Source: Oceanococcus sp.
Lineage (GTDB): Bacteria > Pseudomonadota > Gammaproteobacteria > Nevskiales > Oceanococcaceae
Reading direction: 5' to 3'
NCBI GenBank assembly: GCA_051252075.1
Contig: JBPOFU010000002.1
Location: forward strand, 497-64,496
Length of the DNA stretch: 64,000 nt
The notes beneath the pieces were generated by a model. It searched no databases. It was not told the origin of the DNA and saw only the letters and a list, made by a program, of their open reading frames with translations. Each line of letters opens with the position of its first letter. Positions within the stretch are counted from its first letter, which is position 1. Of this stretch, positions 52,402 to 63,151 are shown one piece after another. The position numbers and the translations under genes are program-made.

Positions 52402-52916
52402 AGCAAACTCGTCGCGCTCATCGCATGGAAGTGAGAGCTCATCGCAAAAATGCTGGCGGCTCCATGAATCTGGTGTCCTTAATGGACATCTTTACCATCC
52501 TGGTATTTTTCCTGTTGGCACAATCTGCGGCAGTAGAAGTGCTGCCGAATACAGACAAGCTGGAGCTGCCGACGTCTTTAGCCGAAGAACATGCGCGTGA
52601 AACCGTGCTCATCATGGTGACGTCCGAGGACATTTTGGTAAATGGCCAGTCCGCCATGAAGACGTCAGAAGCCTTGCGCAGCAGCGATTTATCCGCGCTA
52701 CAAACGGCGCTGGAAGCACAAGCCCAACGCATCGTAAAAGTGGGTGATGGCGACGAGAACGATCGCGGTGAAGTCACCATCATGGCGGATAAAGGTTTAC
52801 CTTACTCGCTGTTGAAAAAGGTCATGTTGGCCTGCACCAAAGCACAATATGGCTTGCTCTCCTTTGCCGTTTTGCAAAAAGATCAAAACACCGTACAACT
52901 GGGAGAAAATGAGTGA
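52398..52916 (+). CDS. ExbD/TolR family protein 2 (TM Asp retained)
   Basis: TM MNLVSLMDIFTILVFFLL; IMADKGLPYSLLKKVMLAC. Confidence 0.92.
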   Translation: MKQTRRAHRMEVRAHRKNAGGSMNLVSLMDIFTILVFFLLAQSAAVEVLPNTDKLELPTSLAEEHARETVLIMVTSEDILVNGQSAMKTSEALRSSDLSALQTALEAQAQRIVKVGDGDENDRGEVTIMADKGLPYSLLKKVMLACTKAQYGLLSFAVLQKDQNTVQLGENE

Positions 52917-53905
52917 CCAGTGTCGCTTTTTCCCGCAACAGTTGGGCTGAGCTCGAACGCGATGAAGCACGTTTTCAACGCACTTTGCTGCTCGTCGCAG
53001 TCCCATTTCTTCTATTAAGCATCCTAATCCCCTTGTGGGAACTGGCTGGTTTAAAAGAGGGCGGCGGCGAAGAACTGTCTGAGCGTTACGCCGAACTACT
53101 CATGCAATCGGCGGCCAAACAAGAATCTCCCGCACCGGAACCTGCCACGGTAGAAGAACCTGCGGATGAACCTGAGCCAGAACCGGAAGCTGAGCCAGAA
53201 TCCGCGCCAGAGCAAGCTGAACCCGAAGTCAAACCCGATCCCAAACCGGAACCAGTTCAACAGGTTGATGCACGTGAACAGGCACGCGAAAAAGTACAAA
53301 AGAAATTCGCCAGCGCTTTCAACGCCTTAGATTCCCTGCGCGAACAAGCACCGGTCATTACCGCAAGCAATCGGCCGCTAACGCAAGCCAGCAGTTCCAG
53401 CGAAGACGTCAGTGATGCCAGCAGCGGTGTACTGACCTCCAACCTAAGCAAAGGCAGCGGCGGTGTCGGCGCAGCGCCAACACGCAGCACACGCCCCAAT
53501 ACAACAGGGTTGAAAGGTCGTCAGACCACCAAGGTTGACTCCGGCATTACCGCCAGTGGCGGCGGTTACGGCGCGGATAACAAGGAAGCAGGCTTTGGCG
53601 GTGACAGCCGCTTGCAAGGACGCTCGCTGGAAGAAATCCAAATCGTTATGGATCGCAACAAGAGTGGTTTGTACTCCCTGTACAACCGCGCCCTACGCAG
53701 CGATGCCACTTTGCAAGGCAAAGTCGTACTGGAAATCACCATCTCACCTTCCGGTGCGGTGACCAGTTGCCGTGTTGCATCCAGTCAACTGGCGAACAAA
53801 GCTTTGGAAGATCGCATAGTCAGGCGCGTGAAGTTGATCAACTTCGGGGCTAAAGCGGTGTCAGAAATGACTATCAAGTACCCGATTCACTTCATTCCCA
53901 GCTAG
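52913..53905 (+). CDS. TonB-like energy transducer (AgmX/PglI/GltG C-terminal domain)
   Basis: Single N-terminal TM, Glu-Pro-rich spacer, Gly-rich segment, C-terminal LYNRALR..ATLQGKVVLEITISPSGAV...V..S.L....E....FG..A. Confidence 0.88.
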   Translation: MTSVAFSRNSWAELERDEARFQRTLLLVAVPFLLLSILIPLWELAGLKEGGGEELSERYAELLMQSAAKQESPAPEPATVEEPADEPEPEPEAEPESAPEQAEPEVKPDPKPEPVQQVDAREQAREKVQKKFASAFNALDSLREQAPVITASNRPLTQASSSSEDVSDASSGVLTSNLSKGSGGVGAAPTRSTRPNTTGLKGRQTTKVDSGITASGGGYGADNKEAGFGGDSRLQGRSLEEIQIVMDRNKSGLYSLYNRALRSDATLQGKVVLEITISPSGAVTSCRVASSQLANKALEDRIVRRVKLINFGAKAVSEMTIKYPIHFIPS

Positions 53906-53925
53906 GCCATCAAACGGCGGGGCCT

Positions 53926-54441
53926 TTACTTCTGGTACTGGGCCTGCACGTAGCTTGCATAGGCGCGAATAAAGCCTTCGAGATTTTCCGCACCTTTGCT
54001 GCTGCTGATTTCAACCACGGCATTACTTACCGCGAAGGCACCAATTTTGTCGGCCTTTAGAAAACTGCGTTCGCCGACTTCCAGTGACTGCGTTCCCTGC
54101 AAACTGTCCGCTGGATAACGCAAAGTCCAACTTGCATCACGCGCTTTCGCATCGCTATAGACATTGATGCGCACTTTGAACGCCTGCTTATCATTCAGCC
54201 AATATTTGAAATAAGCGGAGCTTTGTATGTTCTGTGCGGTTAGCACCGCCATGGCTTCAGCAGACTGAGCGCCCACGCCGCGTTTATCTGGTACCAATAC
54301 CGACTTGTGCTGTATTCGTTGAACGCCAAAATCTTCTGCCTTAGGCAGCATCAAATCCAAGACGTCCGGTGCGGGGCTCTGCGAACAGCCCATCAAAAGG
54401 AACCCTATGAGCAGTGAGAGCGTGTAAAGTTTTTGCATCAT
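53926..54441 (-). CDS. Hypothetical lipoprotein
   Basis: 171-aa ORF with lipobox LLMG-C; no family recognised. Confidence 0.7.
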   Translation of the reverse strand: MMQKLYTLSLLIGFLLMGCSQSPAPDVLDLMLPKAEDFGVQRIQHKSVLVPDKRGVGAQSAEAMAVLTAQNIQSSAYFKYWLNDKQAFKVRINVYSDAKARDASWTLRYPADSLQGTQSLEVGERSFLKADKIGAFAVSNAVVEISSSKGAENLEGFIRAYASYVQAQYQK

Positions 54442-54539
54442 TAAATTAATCAGAGTCCAGTATCTGGATGGTTAGCGTGTCCACGGTCACGCTAACACAA
54501 ACAGATTCGGACTCGAAGATCCTAAATCCGGAGATCACC

Positions 54540-57500
54540 GTGCGTCATACTTTGCAATTGCTCACCCCTATCGTAGGCTTTTCTCTAGCACTGTTTAGTG
54601 CGCACGGCTACACGGCAGAGCCAGCTAGTGGCAATGTGAGCGCGGAATCGCCCAGCACCGAGTTCGACTCGGGACCACACACGATTTCCAATCCATCCTA
54701 CCCGGACGCAGGCACCTGCCAAGAGCCTACCTTCCCGTGCGATGACTATGCATTGACCGTACAGGTACCCGGCTCCGGCGAGCAAGCAATCCTCACCGTG
54801 AGCACAGTGGTTCCTGATGCAGATGACTACGACATTTATTTGCTGGATAGCGATGGCAATGAAATCACCAGTTCCGCTAGCGGTGATGCGGTAGAGGTCA
54901 TGACGCTACCGATCAACACATCCGGCGATCACAATTACACCGTGCGCATCATTCCTTTCTTGGCCACAGCCACGACAGCGACCACCAAAATTGAGCTGAC
55001 TTTCGTTGCAGGCAGCGGTGGCTCGGCCGGTGGCGGCGATGGCAGTGGCACTGGCGGCATAGATCGTGGAGAGCTGCCCTTCGACCCCACCGCACCGCGT
55101 TACAGTATCTATGTATCACCTGCGAATGAAGGCAACGACGCCGGTGAACCAACGGTGGGCTACAACCCGCTCACCGAACGCGCCATGTTTATTTCCTACG
55201 TCAACGCACTGCGTGTGACCTTTCCAGAAAACCTGGATGAGCCCCTGCCACAAGCCTGCGATGCGCTGTGGGAAAACAAATCAGGCTTGATCACGACGCT
55301 AAATTCACTTGATCCGATTATGTACACCGATAAAACCACCGGCCGTACTTTTAATTCTCAGTTGGCCGGCGCGAATAGTTTGTTCGAGTTCTCAGATGAC
55401 GATGGTGAGTCTTGGACCCCTGGCCAAATCGGCTTGCCCAATGGTGGCGCAGATCACCAAGGCGTTGTTTCTGGCCCTTATCCAGATGCTTTGCCCATAG
55501 GCGGCATCCTATTCCCGAATGCCGTGTACTACTGCTCTCAGTCGGTTGCTTCTGCATTCTGTGCCCGCAGTGATGATGGCGGCCAAACCTTTGGCCCCGG
55601 CATGCCGTTCAAAAACACCGACTGCTCGGCTGGTGGCTTGCATGGTCATCCAAAGGTCGCACCTGACGGCACTTTGTATATTCCTGATAGCTCCCAATGT
55701 GTGCTTACCACTGGCGTCGACGGCAGTGCAGACAAGATCGTGGCCTTTGTCAGCGAAGATGCTGGGGCAACTTATGACGTTCGCCCTCTGCCCGACAGCC
55801 AAGGTGGCGCAGGCTCTGATCCCTCCATCGGTATTGCCACCGATGGAACAGCCTATATGTGCTATGAAAACGCGGATGGCACGTCCCGCGTGGCGGTTTC
55901 ACATGACAAAGGTTTAACTTGGGAAAATGACCAAGATATCGGCCTCGCTGCCGGTTTAGTCGCGACCCGCTTCCAAGCCGCCGTGGCTGGCGATCCTGAT
56001 CGCGCAGCCTGCGCATTTTTGGGCACATCATCCGTCGGTCCAGATTTAGAACTCAGCTTTGAAGGCGTCTGGTACCCCTATATCGCCACTACCTATGATG
56101 GCGGCGAAACCTGGCAGTTGGTGAATCTCAGCCCGGGCAATCCGGTTCAAGGTTTTGGTGGCGTCGGCACCAGCGGTACAAACCGCAACTTGCTCGACTT
56201 CAATGATTTGGAATTGGACAACTTGGGTCGCCCGCTGTTCGCCTACGCCGATGGTTGCGTTGGTGGTTGTGAGCGTGACCCGGCCGCCAATGGTTTTGCT
56301 GCCAAGGCCACTTTGGCACGTCAATCTGGCGGGCTGACCTTACTGGCTGAATTCGACAATCTTGCCAATAGCCAACTTACGACAGCGCAACTGGCTCCAG
56401 CCGCTGCTTGCGCATTGCAAGATAAAAGTTCACGCACGGTGAACCAAACTGTCGTTGCTTGGCGCGCCCCCGACAACGGCGGCACTCCCATCAGCAATTA
56501 TCAGGTCTACCGCGCCACTCAAGCGCAAGGGCCGTTTGAATTCATCGGTGATGCTGGCAGCAAGACCACCTTTGTCGATACGTCTTCAGACGTCAGCGTT
56601 GCCGAATACTCCTACCGCGTTGTTGCTCAGAACGCCGTTGGAGACGCTGGCCAATCCAATGTCGTGACATTGCCAATTCAAACGCAAACCGAAGTTGATA
56701 CCTGCCACCTGCCTGGGGAAATCATATTGCTCGACTCAGCCGGAGATAGTGCTGGGGTCGATGATTACGACATTATTTCCGCAGCGGTCGCAGAGCCAGC
56801 CGAATTCCCGGGCAGCTTGGCGATTACTTTGAAATTGGCCAATTTTACCACCGGAGCGCCTCCGGCAACCTCGTTTTACCCGATTTTGTTCCCACTGCTG
56901 AACAATCGTTACATTGCATTCGATGCAAGCAGTGCACCGCGCTTTGTCTACGGCACTACGACAGAAGGCCCGCAGGGTCTACTCATCTTTACAGAAGAGG
57001 GTGAGCTTGATCCCGCCAGCAGCTATGGTGCAGATGGGACAGTGGTATTGATTGCCGACAAAGCTCTCTTTGGCAAGAGCACTGGTGATTTGTTGGCCGG
57101 TTTTGACATTCGTGCACGCGCTGGCTCAGCAACAGCTACCAGCCGTGATACCGCAGGGCCAGGGGAATATGAGCTTCGTGGTCATGAAAATTGTGGCGCT
57201 GTTGACGCGGCCCCCTTGCTGGCCACGCTCGCCGGTAGCACGCAATCAGGAAATGCCCCACTGACTGTAGACTTTGTCATCTCTGGTGCGTCCAGCGAAA
57301 GCACGCTCACGAGCTGGTCTTTGGACTTCGGCGACGGCCAATTTGTCGAAGAACAAAGTTTTGGCAGTGCTAGCAACGCTGAAATAACCCACGTCTACCA
57401 AGAAGCTGGGGTTTTCCGTGCACGCGCCACGGTGAAGAACAGTGAAGGTCAGGTCAGCGAGAATTTGGCCGAGCACACCGTGACTGTCGATCCTGAAGAC

Positions 57501-57623
57501 ACCACGGGCGGCGATGGTGGTGATGCAGGCAACCCTGGCCCCAGTGCGCAGCGTGGCGGCTCCTTAGGCGGCGGTTTCCTCATGCTGCTGATGCTGCCTC
57601 TGCTGCGGCGCCGTCGCAGCTAA
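54540..57623 (+). CDS. Surface protein: PPC-like domain, Asp-box (BNR) beta-propeller, FN3, PKD, GlyGly-CTERM anchor
   Basis: GTG start after GGAG and signal peptide; five Asp boxes (SDDDGESW, SDDGGQTF, SEDAGATY, SHDKGLTW, TYDGGETW); FN3 W.AP.NGG.PI.NY.VYR; PKD WSLDFGDG..H.Y...G; C-terminal GGSLGGGFLMLLMLPLLRRRRS. Confidence 0.88.
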   Translation: MRHTLQLLTPIVGFSLALFSAHGYTAEPASGNVSAESPSTEFDSGPHTISNPSYPDAGTCQEPTFPCDDYALTVQVPGSGEQAILTVSTVVPDADDYDIYLLDSDGNEITSSASGDAVEVMTLPINTSGDHNYTVRIIPFLATATTATTKIELTFVAGSGGSAGGGDGSGTGGIDRGELPFDPTAPRYSIYVSPANEGNDAGEPTVGYNPLTERAMFISYVNALRVTFPENLDEPLPQACDALWENKSGLITTLNSLDPIMYTDKTTGRTFNSQLAGANSLFEFSDDDGESWTPGQIGLPNGGADHQGVVSGPYPDALPIGGILFPNAVYYCSQSVASAFCARSDDGGQTFGPGMPFKNTDCSAGGLHGHPKVAPDGTLYIPDSSQCVLTTGVDGSADKIVAFVSEDAGATYDVRPLPDSQGGAGSDPSIGIATDGTAYMCYENADGTSRVAVSHDKGLTWENDQDIGLAAGLVATRFQAAVAGDPDRAACAFLGTSSVGPDLELSFEGVWYPYIATTYDGGETWQLVNLSPGNPVQGFGGVGTSGTNRNLLDFNDLELDNLGRPLFAYADGCVGGCERDPAANGFAAKATLARQSGGLTLLAEFDNLANSQLTTAQLAPAAACALQDKSSRTVNQTVVAWRAPDNGGTPISNYQVYRATQAQGPFEFIGDAGSKTTFVDTSSDVSVAEYSYRVVAQNAVGDAGQSNVVTLPIQTQTEVDTCHLPGEIILLDSAGDSAGVDDYDIISAAVAEPAEFPGSLAITLKLANFTTGAPPATSFYPILFPLLNNRYIAFDASSAPRFVYGTTTEGPQGLLIFTEEGELDPASSYGADGTVVLIADKALFGKSTGDLLAGFDIRARAGSATATSRDTAGPGEYELRGHENCGAVDAAPLLATLAGSTQSGNAPLTVDFVISGASSESTLTSWSLDFGDGQFVEEQSFGSASNAEITHVYQEAGVFRARATVKNSEGQVSENLAEHTVTVDPEDTTGGDGGDAGNPGPSAQRGGSLGGGFLMLLMLPLLRRRRS

Positions 57624-57639
57624 ACTGCTGAAAATCTGA

Positions 57640-57677
57640 AAAAGCCGGCCTTGGGTTCAACCAGGCCGGCTTTTTTA
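57640..57677 (+). terminator. Rho-independent terminator after surface protein gene
   Basis: AAAGCCGGCC-TTGGGTTCAACCA-GGCCGGCTTTTTT. Confidence 0.85.
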
Positions 57678-57716
57678 TGTTGAAAGCAAATGCTCAATAG
57701 CAAGGTCTTGATCAGT

Positions 57717-58223
57717 ATGAATAAGCAAAAACGCTTTGAGGCGCTGGTCGAGGGCCATTCCAGCGCCCTCTACCGCTACGCCTACTGGTTATGCGATGGC
57801 CACAAAACCAATGCAGAAGACGTGGTGCAAGAAACCTTTCTTCGTGCTTGGAAATCGCTAGAGCAACTGCAAGAGCACCAAGCGGCTAAAGCGTGGTTGA
57901 TGACCATCTTGAGACGGGAAAATGCACGCCGCTTTGAACGTAAACAATTTGACTACGTAGATGTAGAGCTCGATAGCGTGAGCTTAGACGAACAGCAATT
58001 GGAACGGCACATGGATAGCCATGAACTGCGCCGCGCCATTGCACAACTGGAACCGAAATACCGCGAACCCCTATTGATGCAAGCCATAGGTGGGTTCTCC
58101 TGCGAGGAGATCGCCGAGACCATGGACATCAACAAAGGTGCGGTTATGACTCGCCTGTTTCGAGCGAAGAAATTGCTGAGCTCGCAAATGACACAAGATA
58201 CTAAGGACCAGCGCCATGGATGA
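57717..58223 (+). CDS. ECF sigma-70 factor
   Basis: LYRYAYWL, AEDVVQETFLRAW, AWLMTILRRE, L..L..KYREPL.MQ..GGFSCEEIA, V.TRLFRA. Start set at ATG 57717. Confidence 0.95.
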   Translation: MNKQKRFEALVEGHSSALYRYAYWLCDGHKTNAEDVVQETFLRAWKSLEQLQEHQAAKAWLMTILRRENARRFERKQFDYVDVELDSVSLDEQQLERHMDSHELRRAIAQLEPKYREPLLMQAIGGFSCEEIAETMDINKGAVMTRLFRAKKLLSSQMTQDTKDQRHG

Positions 58224-58971
58224 ACTCGAAATGCGCCGGCGCTGCATTGCGGCCCCCAACGATCCCGATCCGGCCTACCAAGAGTGGCTGAATCAACACC
58301 CCGGCGCCAAAGGCGTCGCTCTACAAGCCCGCCACTTTGATGAACGCTTACGATTCGCCCTGCAAGATGTGGACATCCCTGACGGTTTGAATGGACGTAT
58401 TTTGCTTGGCAGCAGCTTGCGCACTCCGCGCCGCAGTCGGCAGCGCTGGCTAGCGGGCTTCGCGGTAGCGGCCTCGGTGTTAATCAGTGTTGGCCTGTGG
58501 TTCAACCCCAGCCCTAGCGTTGCAGGAGGGTTCCAACAGCTGGCCTTGAATCATGTGTACGACGAAATCCACCATTTTGAGCACCCGTCTGGTGGCATCT
58601 CTGACAGCATGGTCAGCAATCTGTTTCAACAAGTCGGTGGCCAGCTCAAGGGCAGTTTAGGCGACATCAAATTCGCCTTCATGTGTCCCACCCCAAGCGG
58701 GGAAGGCTTGCACTTGGTTGCCGACAATTCAGCGGGGCGTGTCACCGTACTGTATGTACCCAATGCCAGCAAAGGCACTCAGGCCGTAGCATTCGCCGAT
58801 GAGCGCTTCCGTGGCAGCACGCTGCTACCGGCTGCCGGCGGAGCCTTGGCCATTATCGGAGAGAACCCCCAAGCCGTTGAGCTGATGGAACAAGCTCTGG
58901 ATGAAGCAGTTCAGTGGCAAACCTCTAATCTGGCCACTGATACCTGGGAGCACTCATATTTCGCCGTTTAA
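58216..58971 (+). CDS. DUF3379 family putative anti-sigma factor
   Basis: MDELE.RRR..A.PND, FD..L..AL..V.IPDGL..RILL, single TM (FAVAASV), periplasmic H..E and CP...GLHLV; overlaps the sigma gene. Confidence 0.85.
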   Translation: MDELEMRRRCIAAPNDPDPAYQEWLNQHPGAKGVALQARHFDERLRFALQDVDIPDGLNGRILLGSSLRTPRRSRQRWLAGFAVAASVLISVGLWFNPSPSVAGGFQQLALNHVYDEIHHFEHPSGGISDSMVSNLFQQVGGQLKGSLGDIKFAFMCPTPSGEGLHLVADNSAGRVTVLYVPNASKGTQAVAFADERFRGSTLLPAAGGALAIIGENPQAVELMEQALDEAVQWQTSNLATDTWEHSYFAV

Positions 58972-59007
58972 GTTGTGCTATGCCTGATCGGCTACTTACC
59001 CACACTA

Positions 59008-59066
59008 TCCTCGCGCCAAGATCGCCAAGTTTCATACCCATTTTCTTAGCGATCTTCGCGCGAGGA
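59008..59066. repeat. REP-like imperfect palindrome, copy B
   Basis: TCCTCGCGCCAAGATCGCCAAG-15 nt-CTTAGCGATCTTCGCGCGAGGA. Left arm is 19/20 and right arm 17/20 identical to copy A at 31849. Confidence 0.8.
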
Positions 59067-59107
59067 ATTACTTCGGCCTATCCTATAGAGCGGCCAAGCA
59101 AAGCCTT

Positions 59108-59548
59108 TTAGGCGTTTATGCCTGGGGTTTCTCGCTCACCTTTGAGCCAACGCAAGGTATCGACCACATCAAATGCCAGGGAAATACCATTGATCACTAA
59201 GACTGCAATCGCGTAGTTGCGCACACTCTCAGCCATAGCCGCCGCAGGCTCAGCACACAGCTGCATGAGCAAAAAGACCGATAAGGGAATCCAGGCAAAC
59301 AGATGTGGAATAGCCATGGCCCGGTTCATGCCGCCGTAGTACAACATGATGGGCATATTCGTGAGGATGACAAAGATTCCGGCTGCAGCGGTAGCCCCAC
59401 CGACAGCGGTGTCGAGGAAAGCTACGCAGGCCACATTGACGGCCATCAATATCAAAACCCAGACTTGAACCCAAGCCGGCATGCTGGTGTAAGAACGAAA
59501 TACCGATGCTAATTTGCTCATGGAGTGCCTATTTTCAATTATCGCCAT
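59108..59548 (-). CDS. Hypothetical 4-TM membrane protein
   Basis: Four hydrophobic segments; HLFAWIPL and N.ISLAFD..D..RWL.G.R. Start may be at the downstream Met (MSKL). Confidence 0.75.
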   Translation of the reverse strand: MAIIENRHSMSKLASVFRSYTSMPAWVQVWVLILMAVNVACVAFLDTAVGGATAAAGIFVILTNMPIMLYYGGMNRAMAIPHLFAWIPLSVFLLMQLCAEPAAAMAESVRNYAIAVLVINGISLAFDVVDTLRWLKGERETPGINA

Positions 59549-59562
59549 AACTGGCAGATGAT

Positions 59563-59591
59563 AAAAAGCCGGGAAAAATCCCGGCTTTTTT
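59563..59591. terminator. Bidirectional-type Rho-independent terminator after fadA
   Basis: AAAAAGCCGGG-AAAAAT-CCCGGCTTTTTT. Confidence 0.88.
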
Positions 59592-59606
59592 GTACCTCAG
59601 CGCTTG

Positions 59607-62938
<3,332 letters not shown>

Positions 62939-63151
62939 GCTTTGCTCCAAAGTCTTATCGAATCACGGCAACGCAGGCATCACCGCGAAAATGGGTCGCA
63001 CATATTAACAGTGCTAGCCGACATAGCCAGAAAGCGGGCAGCACGATGCAATTTGAGTCCTAGCATTCTTTTGACAGTTCTGCATAGGCAGGCCTAAACT
63101 GCTCCTGCATTTTTCTTTTAGTCTGAATAGCTTGCGCACAGGGGACAATCC

